From assembly GCA_029953675.1 (NCBI GenBank), contig JAMWBK010000004.1, positions 2,418,001 through 2,482,000 on the forward strand: 64,000 nt of DNA, in the 5' to 3' direction. Source of the DNA: Rhodosorus marinus CCMP1338. Taxonomy: Eukaryota > Plantae > Rhodophyta. Below the pieces are notes generated by a model. That model was not told the origin of the DNA, searched no databases, and was given only the letters and a program-made list of their open reading frames with translations. A program made the translations under genes and the position numbers. This document shows positions 1 to 12,029 of the stretch, piece by piece. Each line of letters opens with the position of its first letter. Within the stretch, counting starts at the first letter, position 1.

Positions 1-1188
1 CCGAGAAGGCTTCCTTCAGAGGAGAAGCGTCCTTGCAGAACTTACTTGAATTATCGAAGGCCATTTTGGATCCTGTTCCACCCTACGGTAGCAAGGAGGT
101 GATAATAGTTTTCAGCTCGCTGTCGACTACAGATCCTGGCGATATAAAGGCTACAACCAACAGCCTCAAAGAAAACGGAATTCGGTGCTCGATTGTCGGC
201 CTCGCAGCTGAAGTTTACATTTTGCGACAAGTCTGTAAGAAGACGGGAGTATGTCGTCTTCACCCTGTTCGTGTAGTTCATAACAGAGTGATTGCTTGAA
301 GCTAACTGTTTATCCCGTTCACGCGTGTTCGCAAACAGGGAGAGTATCATGTAGCTACCAACGAAGAGCATTTCCACGAGCTTGTGAATGCACACGTTCC
401 TCCTCCGCCACTTGCTTCTGACACTCTGAAAGCCTCTCTCGTGGAAATGGGTTTCCCCAAGCTCAAAGTAGGATCCCGCGGACATGTGAGTGCGAGAGTA
501 GTGTTGGGTCCTATCGAACGTGTCTCATCCGAAATTTCATCGCACAGGTCCTGAAATCACCGAGACAGTACTTTGACGTGAACGTTAATCTCAAGGGGGG
601 ACGAACCTCTGGAAAAATTGGTTATGAATGCCCGAGATGCGGTGTAAGTTGTGAAGACCGAACTGTAGTGGCGAGGAGGGGCATACCTTAGATGCACTGG
701 ACTTGTGATCGCGAGCGTTTGTTTCTTGTACATGGCCTGCCTGCTTCAGGCATCGGTTTCGGTAGAAACACAATTTTGCACTGACACTGTGTGCTGACTT
801 CACATGCGTTTTCTCGTAGTCGTGGCTGAACGATGTTCCAGTCGAATGTGTTCTTTGCGGGCTGACACTGATCACAAGCCCTCACCTGGCTCGATCGTAC
901 CATCACCTGTTCCCAATTCCGGCCTTCAAAGATGTTACTCCGACTGATACCAGGTGAGAACTCTTCACGCTTGTCAAAAGCTCAAGGTCAAGACGTTAAC
1001 CCAACCCCTGTGCATCTCCATTGGACAGCGGAGCAACCCGATGTAAAGGCTGTTGCAAACGATTTTTAAGCGGCGATTCAAAAGCCCAATGTACATCCTG
1101 CAAGAACGTGTTCTGCGAAGAGTGTGATGTTTTCATTCACGATTCTCTTCACAATTGCCCAGGTTGCAACTCCATTGATCCAACTTGA
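1..1188 (+). CDS. GTF2H2: TFIIH subunit p44/Ssl1 (vWA domain plus C-terminal zinc fingers); 5' end lies outside the window
   Basis: Spliced translation gives family motifs GEASLQN, SREVII-like [25 protein letters not shown]...[25 protein letters not shown] and C-terminal [22 protein letters not shown] introns at about 249-338, 486-547, 643-810 and 954-1028; TGA at 1186-1188. Confidence 0.93.
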
Positions 1189-1824
1189 GGAACCAACCCT
1201 CAACCCAACCCCGATTGAATATCTTTAATTGGAAATGTTTAAATGATATATATAATAGAATTCCTCGCGAAGAACACGGATTCGGCTGCAGCCCCGTAAT
1301 TTACAGGAATATATTCTCTATCCACCAACCATGCTAAGTACCGGTAAGGATATCAGTCAATTGTTTTCGTGCTACCAATGAAGTTCGATCAAGGGTGAAC
1401 TACGCAATGAATCTTCCAATAATTCAGTAGATATTGGTCCGGACAGTCAATATTAGACTCTGAATAATGGTTTAAATTGATCTCTCCCAACGCTCGGGAA
1501 AAAAGGTTACCAATAGATTTTGCAAGAAGAATGCCAAGGGGTATATGGAAATTCCTGATTCCACAAATGAATTCAATTATGAAAATAAGTTTTAACTTAA
1601 ATTATGGAAAGAGGATATATTCACAGGGGTCTGTCCGTTGGTTGTTTCATGAGGTTGCTGGACTGGGATTGCTGAGATCGGGAAAGCAGAGTCTGGCCGG
1701 TGTTCGAGCGGTGTGGGTCTGTTGAAAGTGGTTTGCTAACAAGCTTGGGAGCGGTCGAGCTGGGGGGTGAAAAAAAGGCAGCCTAGTAGGTTTTGATCTC
1801 TGAAATTTCTTTTGTTTAGCATCG

Positions 1825-2565
1825 ATGGCTTTCGTTTCTGGAGTAAGTGTAAACTGCACGCGGACAAATGGACGGTCCATCTGTTCGTCAAGGACTATGT
1901 TCCTGGGGAGTGGCCTACCGCGGGTGAGGGTGCAAACAGCTAGAAAATCAGCTGGCCAGACCACGATGCAGATGGAGAGGACGTTTATTGCGATTAAGCC
2001 AGATGGAACCAATCGAGGCCTTATCGGAGAGATCATCGCGAGATTTGAGAAGAAAGGCTACAAACTCGTGGCAATGAAAGCCGTTAAGCCCTCTAAGGAG
2101 CTTGCTGAGACGCACTACGATGCACTGAAGGAAAAGCCCTTCTTTGGGCCACTGGTAGAGTTCATTTGCAGCGGACTTGTCATTGCTATGGTCTGGGAGG
2201 GCACGGTAGGTTTCTCAAATGACCAGCTTCTGCTATGTCACAATCTAATTATTTCATGCGTTTATAATGACGCAGGGAGTTGTAAAGACTGGACGCCAGA
2301 TGATCGGCGCGACGAACCCCCTCGAATCTGCCCCTGGAACAATTCGAGGAGACCTGGGCATCGACGTCGGTAAGGTTCCACAAGTCCGGGAGCTCAGACT
2401 TGAATTGTTTTCTGACGAGTTCTTTGGGTCCGAATCTGAACAGGGAGAAACGTCATCCATGGATCCGACGCCGTTGAGACTGCGGAGCGCGAGATCGGAA
2501 TTTGGTTCAAGCCCGAAGAGCTCGTGGACTGGGACCAGACCGTTAAGCAGTGGATTTATGAATAA
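1825..2565 (+). CDS. NDK: Nucleoside diphosphate kinase with N-terminal organellar (probably plastid) transit peptide
   Basis: [27 protein letters not shown] and the catalytic GRNVIHGSD after joining exons across introns 2206-2275 and 2370-2443. N-terminus MAFVSGVSV is S/R-rich. TAA at 2563-2565. Confidence 0.95.
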
Positions 2566-3717
2566 AGCGCTTCATTGGTTCTTGTCGGTACTACAACTAG
2601 ACAGGGAGCGACCAGGCTTTAAGCGGGAAGCTAAGGAAGTCCCTGGAAGCTGCCAGGAGATCTCTGAGGACTTAACGTAGCTCCAGTATTCTCCCAACTA
2701 TTAATATGGAAAGAACCATCAACTCTACCATTGATCTAGTCTAACAAAAATACTCCCGGTTTGATTAACAAGTCCATCGCGAACGCGAGCGATTCCTCTG
2801 GGCTTGACAACAATCTCAAAACATGAAGAAAAAACCAGCGAGCCAGCTTTCGGCTTGGGAACCAGTCTCCTCCTGACAGTAGATCTCATGCAACGCGACA
2901 TTTTCCCACCCATCGCACCTCCCCTCACCCAACTCGACGATCGAAATATCTACATGCCAAGAAAATGACAAAGGCTTGCCAACAACCACATAAGCAACAA
3001 TCCTTAAAATTAGCGAATATTTCGTCCAAAATATAGCAGATTCTCTAAATAAAATGTATTTTCTTAAAAGTTTTTCATCATGATAAACGAAAACTATATA
3101 ATTTCCAAAACATGTCATCGGACGAACGGCTTTCCCGCCTCGGTTTGTAAATGACATTTAATTTGCACGCAAATAACATGCATATATTGTTTTAGATAAT
3201 ATTTTGGTATTAAATTAAAGTAATTTCGTGTGTAATTTTAACTCATGAACCGGTTCGATTTCGACTGGATTTTTGACGTCGTTTGGAGGGTTGCAGCAAT
3301 TTTTTTGCGTTTTTTGGCTTTTTCTTATGGAGCTGGGTTTGTGTGATTGTGAAATCGATCAAGACGAAGATGGGGAGAGGTTTGTCGGGTTACTTGGACG
3401 TTGGAGGTTATCTGCTTTTCAAGGAGACTCATTTAGGCTTGATTGAATCAAGGATCATACAAGATTAGAGTGAAATATAAGCTTGAGAGCTGATGAACGT
3501 GTGAAGTCCACAAGTTGTGAGGTTTCCTTTTGGTAGGAGTTTGAGAGAATCAACTTTTTTTCGCGGTCTTGGATCTGTTGAGGGGGCTTTGTTAGACTTT
3601 TGAGGAGTCTTTGCCTTGGTTTGGTGGCTCCTTGGAGCAGGAGATACATTGATTTGGTGTGATCTGTGAAGAGCTCGGGCCTCTTTGGGTTTTCGGGTTT
3701 TTCCTCAAACTGGCGCA

Positions 3718-5504
3718 ATGAGTGGGGTTTCTGTTGGAAAGCGTTTGTATGTGGAGGAGTACCGCATATGGAAAAGGAACACTCCCTTTCTTTACGATTA
3801 TGTGGTTTCAAAAGCCCTGGAATGGCCTTCTCTTACCTGCGAGTGGTTGCCTGGCCGAAGGAAGGTGACCGGCACAGATTATTTCGCCCAAAGCATTCTT
3901 TTGGGTACTCATACCACTGGCAATGAGCAGAATTACCTGATGATCGCGGATGTACGATCTCCTGATTATGTGGATGAGGACGCAGGCGAACCGCAGGGGG
4001 AAGGAGGTACTTGCCGCACTTCCGACAGGATCCAGACGATGAGGATAAGTGGGTTTAAGGAAACTGACACATCCCTTTTCCGCTCTTGCAGATGGGACCG
4101 TGAAGTCAAAGCTTCAAGAGGTTGAGAAAGTTACCATAGTCCAGAAGATTAACCATGAAGGGGAGGTGAACCGAGCTAGGGCAATGCCCCAAAATTGTTT
4201 CCTAGTGGCAACAAAGAGTCCAAACGGCCAGCTCCTAGTTTTCGATACTTCGAGACATATGCTCAAGCCGTCTATTGCTGAGACGTGTAGCCCCCAGCTT
4301 CGCCTTGGAGGACATAAGAAGGAAGGGTGCGCCTTTGTGATATCCCCACTTCTCCGTCGATTGCCTCGTATGGAATAGCATGCTTCGGTAGACTAAGCGT
4401 TGTCCTTACGTTTGGGTGCAATAGATATGGTATTTGCTGGAACAAGAGAACGGAAGGGCAGTTATTGTCAGGATCAGATGACGCGTTGATTTGCATGTGG
4501 GATATTGCGCATGGAAAGAAAGTTGGCGATGTGATAGATCCTGCGAGGGTGTTCTCTGGGCATCAACAAGCCGTACAAGACGTTGCTTGGCACTATAACC
4601 AGCCGCAAATTTTTGGTTCGTCCTTGTGGAAGAGGTCACAGTGAATACTGAATATTGCAAGAAGACTGACCACTTCTATTCTAAACATCTCAAGGTTCTG
4701 TCGGGGATGATAAGAAGCTCATGCTGTGGGACATGCGATCTCCCGATCGATCAAGGCCATTCAGTTCCGTGCAAGCTCATGAGCAGGAGGTGAACTGCCT
4801 TGCGTTCAATCCTGAAGTGGATTCCGCCGTAGTCACGGGCTCAACCGACTCTACGATCGCGCTCTGGGATATTCGGGCTTTGGATAAGAGCCTGCATACT
4901 CTCAAGGGACACGAAGGCGACGTTTTCCAGGTACAGATGATACCATAAGGAGTAGGAAACTATTGCCAGGAGTTTGGGCGCTAATCAGAACCTGCAACTC
5001 CTCTCCGGCTTCTCGTCAGGTCGCGTTCTCACCTAAATCGGCAGGAATTTTGGCGTCGGCGTCAGCAGACAGGAGGGTCATGGTATGTGTGGGTCTCAAC
5101 ATTCTGAGAAGCAAGTTGTAGTTCCGTGCTGCAGTACTCTTCCGCTTCTGTGCTGTTTCTCAGTGAGCTGTGCTCTTCTCGAATGTCCATAGGTCTGGAA
5201 TCTTGGAAAGATTCAGCAAAACAGTAAGGTGTCTGATGCTGGAGATGAACTTCCGCACGAATTATTGTTCGTACACTCCGGACACACTGAGAAGCTAAAC
5301 GATATTAGCTGGAACCCCGACGATATTTGGTCCCTTGCTAGTGTCGCAGAGGATAATATTGTGCAATGCTGGAGTCCCGGGTCTCACATAACCAATGCTG
5401 AGGAATCTGAAGCTCCAGTGCCGTCTGGGGAGCAAGGGAAACCCAAGGATAGTAAACCAGAGGATCCAAAAGAAGAAACGCGCGACAAAATGGATGAAAA
5501 GTGA
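3718..5504 (+). CDS. MSI1: WD40 histone-binding protein of the MSI1/RBBP4/Mis16 family, 6 exons
   Basis: EEYRIWKRNTPFLYD, ALEWPSLTCEWLP, KINHEGEVNRARAMPQN, HEQEVNCLAFNP and ELLFVHSGHT motifs. In-phase GT-AG introns near 4006-4090, 4327-4425, 4616-4694, 4931-5019 and 5083-5192. Confidence 0.92.
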
Positions 5505-6205
5505 TCTGGAGAGTTGGTTTGTCTACATTTTGGTGACACAATTGGATTTTGCCTTTGTCGCATCTGACTCCCAGGCGCTGCTGGAATTCTGATAGTACCT
5601 AATACCGAGACTGCCCCGACAACTTCACCTGCTTCAGCCGTCCGAAGCTTCCGACGGCTTCCAAGGCACTCCCAGATCAGGACCGTCGCAGACGTAGGGC
5701 AATCGTCTTTTAACAGCTTACCAACTGGCGAGTCGGAAAGATGAGAAAAGGGAGAAGTCCATAGGGAGTCCGCACGTTGCATGGTTGACCTCGCGGATGG
5801 AAGGGGAGCTGGTGGGCGCGTACTAGAATAGTTCTCCTGGTGTGGGGCCAACTAGTATTCTGAACGCTTGAAGAACGTCGCGCTCTGTGAATTTTGTACT
5901 GTATAATATAATTTAGTGGTAGATGTGGAGGACTCAGCAATAGGCTTCACACTGCCAAAATCCTTTTTTGAACTCCTGGCAACGCCCTTGGGAAAGTGCC
6001 GATATGAAAATGAACTGTCGCAGTCAAGAGGGTGGTCTAAATGGTAACCGACTACTACAGTTCCCACGCTGATCGGCTCGCTATATCCGTGGAATCGCTC
6101 TTGCTGTCCCTCTGTTTAGTTTAGTATATCAACATGTATGGAACAAGGAAGGTTCTGATTGCATGCAGGAGAATGTCTCAAAACAAAACGCTACAGAACG
6201 CGCGT

Positions 6206-6582
6206 CTAGTAAAAGGTTGCATAGAAGACAAATGGAGCCAACGCAAGTTCAAACCAATGCTCTTTTGGATCAAAAATTATTCTATATCTATCAATATACC
6301 TCTCCTTAAATCCGCCTGGGCCGGAGTACTCTGGATCACTAGGCGGAGGTAGATTCTCCACTTCACCCCAGGCAGGACCTAGAACACAAAGAAGACACCG
6401 ATCAGAATAAGCACATCTCAAATGCTTTAGGAACATCTTTCTTCAAATGGCTACTTACGATACGGAGGGTTCCCCACGTATTTTCTTCTATACAACTTGT
6501 TCTGCCATGCAGCTAAGCCCCGCGTTTGAACGCGAAACAAGCCCCTCCTACCGGCCGCCTTTGAAAGTAGTCTTCCACTCAT
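6206..6582 (-). CDS. Small protein of unknown function with a mitochondrial-type presequence; 3' end uncertain
   Basis: ATG at 6582 begins an R/G/L-rich, acid-free N-terminus (MSGRLLSKAAGRRGLFRVQTRGLAA). A GTAAGT...TAG intron joins in phase to RPAWGEVENLPPPSDPEYSGPGGFKER. It either reads on to TAG at 6206 or splices again at GTATAT near 6299. Confidence 0.55.
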
Positions 6583-8023
6583 TGACGCGTTGACTTTCTT
6601 ACCGTATATTTCAATATCATCCACTCCACGTCCTTCACCAATCCCCCAATACCTCCTCAAAACACTTCAACGGTGCCCCCTTCCCCCCCCCCGGCTTGAG
6701 CAGAATCCTAGAAAGCCTCTAATAACGCCAAGAATAAAGCTTCCACGCGACCCGAGTACTATTTGGTCCCTAACTCGTCTTTTTATTCGTACCGTTTTTG
6801 GCACGTACAAAGCTCAGCAGCTCGAGTACAAACCAATTTCAATCTAGGTGAGGTAGTGAGTGTTGATTAGTTCAAATGTAACTGAGGATCGTCTGCCTTG
6901 GAAGAGAGTGGGCAATACGTCGCAAAGATCGGATAGGAGGGGGGCGACTATGGTATCAGACTAACCATCGTCCCTATTGGAGCACTCTGTAGTTTGGGCA
7001 CTGGCGAACGCGCACACCCTAGCTTTAAATTCATCCATAACCTTCTGCTTCCACTAGGACAATGGCTTGTCTGATAATCAACGTTGATTTTGTCAATGGG
7101 TGTTCCATGGCATTCACTCTCACGGGACTTGCAAAGATGCTGCTCCGGTATTGACTTTGAACAGCATAATCCATCATCAGCAGCTTTGCAGTTCAGTCAG
7201 TGCTGTCTATGAGTCCGATGGAGGCCTGGTCTTTTAATTCCTTGGGAAAGTCTTTTCGGTGGGGTGCTGATCTCCAGACAAATCCAAGAGGTCGCGTGCC
7301 CCTGACAACAGAGACCGAATATGGAAGGAAAGAGCTAGGTGAAGCCATCACGCAGGGAGGAGGTTGGGCAGCAGCCGGAAAATAATGTGTCCTCTTGATG
7401 TACGATTGGGATACTGTTTAGATTGCATTCTCACCAGTCCTCTGATCAGCGTGTTTTATATGAATCCAAATCCCAGCGACCGAATGTCCTTTTAGTACCG
7501 ATCACTAATCACACTATTGTGACACATGATGTACAAAGCCAAATCTTCAACCAATCATTACGCTTTAAGTTCTTAACCAGCCAATTGTACATACATAAAA
7601 CCGAATTTATAAGAAAAAAAACTTGCCACCACGATCAACTTGCGAATCTGCGTGGCTCTTAGAGATTGATTCAGTCAATATTTTTGAATTATTATATAAT
7701 TTGAGAGCTTTATAAAGACTGAATTCCACTGTTGCTGGATTGGAGATTGTGGAAAATGTTGTCGTTGAAATGGATGCGTCCTTGGGAAAGTGAAGGAACG
7801 GAGCTGATCTTCGTGAAGTCAAAATGCACTAGGGAGGACCATTTCACCCAATTTATTTTCACGATTGCAATATCTGCAGAAAGCTGAGTGGGCAGATCCT
7901 GAGATCGAAAAGCGGTTTTGTTTTGTTTGGACGGTGTGTTTTCGTTAGCGAAGGATCGGGCACCGTCGCGGTATTGGTGAGGTGGTTTTGAGCTGAGCCG
8001 TGCTGGAAGGAGAGTTCGGTTCG

Positions 8024-9409
8024 ATGGCCGCATTCATTGCCTCTCTGGGCAAGGCAAACGTGAGGTTCTCGTCGAGGACTGCTTCGAGGTCGAGAGTCGT
8101 TTGTTCCGCGTCGTTGGAGACGGAGCAGGGGCTGATTCTCCGCGGAAAGAGCTTAGAGGTTGAGGGAGAGCCTGCACTGGGGTCACGAGTCTCCGGACCG
8201 ATTCTTAATAGATATATTCGTGACGATGGCGAAGAATGGATGATTCACTGGACGTTTAGACCTGACTCTGGTTTTGATGAAAAGGTTGTGCCGGGTGCGA
8301 CTACGGGATACATTGGCGCTGGCTTCTCGAACGATGGGATCGCCTGGGATGTTAGCAAAGCAGCTCTGAAACCCAACACAGAAGACTGGTGGTATTTCGA
8401 CACTGTCCATTGTTGTGTTGGTGATGTACAGGTAAAGTGCTGTCCTATATTGCCCAGGCGAGTATAATACACGTCTTGATGACAGTTTCTTCTGCTCTTT
8501 ACAGCTTCTGTCCAGCGATGTCATACGATCCGATGGAAGCGTGTATTTCATGTACTTCCATGGAGGAGACGATGAGATTGTGACCGTTGGATCAGACGAG
8601 GTAAAGGGTTATCGGACTCGCATCGGAGTGGCAGTAAGCCTTGATGGACGACATTGGAGTAGAATAGAGGGGGAACATGCCAACGGCTCAATTTTAGATG
8701 TAGGAGAGGAGGGCTGCTTTGACGCGGAGTTTGTCGCGAGCCCCCAGGTGATCAAACTTGGAAGCGAATATCGAATGTACTATCACTCGTACGATCGGAA
8801 AACGGGACTCTACGGTGTTGGCTTGGCAATTTCTAGCACAGGGCTCGAGTTCAAGAGGGTTCAGAATGGCCCGATCCGATTTCAGGGGGGTAAGAGTCTC
8901 AAGCACGAGGCACTAATCTAAAAGCGTTTCATCAATGCTGACACCTTCATTGCTCGACATCTGCAGAGGACAATGCATTCTTTGCGAAGGGAGTGAGTTC
9001 TCGTCATGTGATTCAGAAGAGGGACGGCACATTTGAGATGTTCTTCGAGGGCGTCAGCGAATCTGAAGAGCACTCGATCTGTAGAGCTATGTCCGCAGAC
9101 GGTATCAGTTGGGATGTCCCACGGAGTTCTCCAATCCTGACAAAGGTACGTCGATCTCGGCACTGTAGAATTGGGACTGTTTTCCGAAAAGAAGCCTGAG
9201 AACGCTGTATTAATGTACAGGGGGAAGCCAGTGACTGGGACGGGGGTGGTGTCGGAAAACCTCGCGTAGTCGTAATGGATGATCAGTCAATTCGACTGTA
9301 CTATACAGGATGGGATTCGGAATCTAGCAGCACAGCTATTGGACTTGCTGTTAGCGATGGTACAGATTGGAACAATTTAGTCCGATACTCAGAGGAGGTT
9401 AGGATGTAA
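8024..9409 (+). CDS. Plastid-targeted glycoside-hydrolase-like five-bladed beta-propeller protein (arabinanase/levansucrase/invertase superfamily fold), multi-exon
   Basis: Transit peptide MAAFIASLGK. Repeated blade motifs IGAGFSNDGIAW, IGVAVSLDGRHW, VGLAISSTGLEF, ICRAMSADGISW and IGLAVSDGTDW, plus YFMYFHG / YRMYYHS / IRLYYTG strands. TAA at 9407-9409. Confidence 0.75.
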
Positions 9410-10850
9410 TATCAGCCTCGGCCTAGCGACAAATCTAGACGTGTGAGGTGTTGGGACTTCCACAATATCTGCCCTGGATTTTTTTGTTGTTGGGAGTGGC
9501 AAAACCGATTGCCTTGTATAGCGAAATTCTGATGGACGATGCACGCTGCGGAAAAGTAAAACTACAAATTCAATTGAGTTATTTTAAAGCCGTCGCATTT
9601 GGCCCAGAATCTGAGGGCGGGGAGCGCCCAAGAACCCTCTGTTGTCAATTCTGGAACTGTAGCTCCAAACATCTTCGTCGGCTCCGCCGGTGACAGAAGG
9701 TTTGTGACAAGAGCCAGTCAAGGTTGCTCTAGTAGAGTTCAGAAGCGAATTCGATGGGCTGGCCGTCCTGGATACATCCAAGACGATCTCTTTGTGGTCG
9801 CCCAGACTCCCTATCGCGGGCTGTACTGAGCTTGGGAACTGCAGGCTCGGGTTGCGGGTAGATATTGTTCGTCCCTGCGCGATCCCGAGGACTTGTCCCT
9901 GCGTCTAAGGCAAAGTTTTCTCCATGAGGCTCTCCATTGTGGGAAGGAATTCGTGTTCAGTTGTTCAGTAGATGCAACGAGGGATTGACCCATGACGAAT
10001 TGTGGAGGAGAACTTGGGGCCATTCCGGCACTGAGGACTACTCATATCCGCAGAATTACGGGCAGGATTTGAAATCATGAAGCATCCCTTTGTGCCAAGG
10101 CTTGCAAGCCCGGAAAGAACTTTGATAGAATCCAGGGGTAGTCAGCTCACATCTCGCAAGGAACGCTTATCCTCAGTGTGGGTTAGTACAATTCACAAGT
10201 TGTGGCTTCCCGCGCAAAGAATTTTGGCAGAGGTTTCTACCCCTGGCAAGCCCAACTCCGACCGCTACACACTAAAGTGATCGTCCCTCCCCCCCTCTTA
10301 TAACTTCGCATTTATTCATAAATTGTAAACATTAACAACTTTTTTCGTTTGCTGATTTTCGATTTCACCCCCCACGCGGAACTCAACCTGAAATAGACAG
10401 TGCGCTTTCCCACCCCCAATCGATGTTAAGAAGAGTAAGCAATATTATAGTAGAATTTTACACCGTCTAAATCTAGATTTTCGCGAAGTTGCTAAATTCG
10501 GTATTATTCTTTAATTTGAACATATTATCTCCAAAATAGAACATCTTGCGCGCTTGAAACGTCTCCACTATTTTCCATTAGCAGAATGTCAACGAAAGTT
10601 TACGTTGTTTTTCCACAAACAGGGACGATTGTACACTCATAATTTTGATAATTTAGTCTAAACAATTTCTTTTTTGGTTAAGTACAGCGCTATTCTACGA
10701 CCATAGAGCTTGAAACTCGCCATCAGGTTATATTTTCCTGAGAAAAAAAATTGGCCTTGCGGAAGAGGAAATGTTGGGATTTAAGATTTGCTTTTTCATG
10801 GGAAAGAGAATCGAAACGGACCTTTTATATTGAAAATGAATTTGTTTAAT

Positions 10851-10860
10851 ATTAGGGTTT
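10851..10860 (-). promoter_or_regulatory. Telo-box-like element (AAACCCTAAT) in the AT-rich island upstream of CENH3
   Basis: Exact ATTAGGGTTT on the + strand, about 500 bp upstream of the CENH3 ATG. Function is assumed from the plant telo-box and is not shown for this organism. Confidence 0.3.
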
Positions 10861-11366
10861 CGATTTTGTACTATATTTTAGATGGGTCGACATAAAGAGC
10901 GGAAAAATTGAGGATTTTCGATTGATGAGGAAGAGATCGGTTGAAAACAATCGATGTTTGGTGAGGATGATGAGGCAAGGCGTTCTAGTGTTCCGAGAGG
11001 GAGCAATCTTCCCTGACGATTGTTTTGTCTTCGTTTTATTGCCTAAAATGAATACTTAGATAAAGAGCAACCCTGGTTGTGAAGCTGAGAGCGAGGATTT
11101 TTGTTTTTTTGGTCTTGTGCCGGTGATTGCTGTTGTTTGTAGTTGTGGCCGTGGTTTCCGGGTGGGGCTGCTGGTCTGGCTGCTGAGTTCCTGAAAGGGT
11201 GGATTGGGCTGTTTTCGGGTCGGTGCGTCTGAAGGTGAGATAGTGTCCAGTGTGGTAGGGGTGAGTGTTCTCCTAGGGGTGCCGCGGGGGTTGAAAGGTT
11301 GATTAATTCGGGGGGAGGTGGGTGCATGGCTTTTTTGGTGAACCTGTTTTGAGAAATACTTGAAAC

Positions 11367-12029
11367 ATGGCTAGGCTTTCCGCATCGAAAAAGGTTGGTG
11401 GCCCAACTAATCGAAGAAGCAGCACGACCCCTCGGCGACGCCCTGGATTGAGCGATGCAGCTGGTTCTTCTCGATCGGGTACGGCGTGCTCACGAACTGT
11501 TTGAACATGTGGCACGAAAGCTAAACCTGGCCACTTTACTACAAAAAACTCTAGGTGCGAAGCGGCTCCCATTTCCATCATCCCGGGGAGGCCGGGGCTC
11601 GTCGCGAGGAGACACGCCAAAGAAGCACAGGTTTCGACCAGGTACTAGGGCACTCATGGAGATAAGGAAGTACCAAAAGAGCACAACACTGCTCCTTAGA
11701 CGACTACCCTTTGCGAGGCTGGTAAAGGAGATTACCCAGCATTACCACCATGACCTTCGGTGGCGTGCGGAGGCTCTTGAGGCTCTGCAAAGCTCCGCAG
11801 AGGATTATCTGGTTGGGTTGCTGGAGGTAGGTTCCAGATTGTTGACGATCTAATGTCATGGCGATGACCCCTCCGATCTCAACCCGTTGACACAAGCTGT
11901 TTGTTTTTTTCTGTCCAGGACGCAAACCTTTGTGCTATCCACTCCAATCGAGTTACTATTATGCCGCGTGACCTTCATCTTGCTCGAAGGATACGAGGCT
12001 ACAAAGATGATCCGCATGCGTTTACGTAG
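11367..12029 (+). CDS. CENH3: Centromeric-type histone H3 variant (CENH3/CENP-A-like), 3 exons
   Basis: Exons 11367-11478, 11555-11826 and 11919-12029 give a divergent tail ([27 protein letters not shown]...) and the histone fold [20 protein letters not shown]...LPFARLV...DLRW...[10 protein letters not shown]. The three classical H3-to-CENH3 changes are present: Q68>A, F84>W, T107>A. Confidence 0.85.

Noticed and set aside
643-810. Longer-than-usual TFIIH p44 intron as a snoRNA host (RPL32 intron 48894-49025 also checked)
   Set aside because: No paired box C (RUGAUGA) and box D with a terminal stem, and no clear H/ACA layout.
3252-3258. GGTTCGA T-loop-like motif (others near 8018 and 18519)
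   Set aside because: No cloverleaf, acceptor stem or A-box in the flanks; not tRNA genes.
10176-10190. CTAACCC on the minus strand as a possible telomerase RNA template
   Set aside because: It is shorter than the 1.5 repeats a template needs, no pseudoknot is evident, and it is better explained as a TACTAAC branch point.
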